Below are positions 63,960 through 64,000 of a stretch of DNA of 64,000 bases, piece after piece; the stretch's first letter is position 1; the number at the start of each line of letters is the position of its first letter. The notes under the pieces were generated by a model. It searched no databases. It saw nothing but the letters and a program-made list of their open reading frames with translations, and was not told the DNA's origin. Position numbers and translations under genes: made by a program. Source of the stretch: Eledone cirrhosa (lineage: Eukaryota); assembly GCA_964016885.1 (NCBI GenBank), contig OZ024749.1, forward strand, positions 39,494,001 to 39,558,000, given 5' to 3'.

Positions 63960-64000
63960 TATATATATATATATATCCAGTTTCAATCACAAGGCTTGGG

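Overview
AT-rich, repeat-dense eukaryotic genomic DNA. The (TA)n/(CA)n microsatellite load and the SINE/RTE repertoire look like an octopus or other coleoid cephalopod genome; this is an inference. I assembled one real protein-coding gene by hand on the + strand. It has 10 GT-AG coding exons from 35548 to 55618 with consistent phases and gives about 478 aa: an uncharacterised seven-transmembrane protein with a glycosylation-site-rich N-terminus and a polyP/polyQ tail. The rest is mostly mobile DNA: a full-length decayed mariner, an internally deleted Merlin (ISXO2-like) transposon and a Merlin-type MITE, TTAA piggyBac-type MITEs, and two abundant tRNA-derived SINE families. There are also fragments of RTE, Tx1, CRE and Penelope retroelements and several 28-620 bp tandem arrays. 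The most notable unexplained structure is a set of short fold-back elements embedded in (TA)n tracts. Several carry complete or half hammerhead-ribozyme motifs, consistent with non-autonomous Penelope-like elements. Most ORFs in the supplied track are microsatellite or repeat artefacts.
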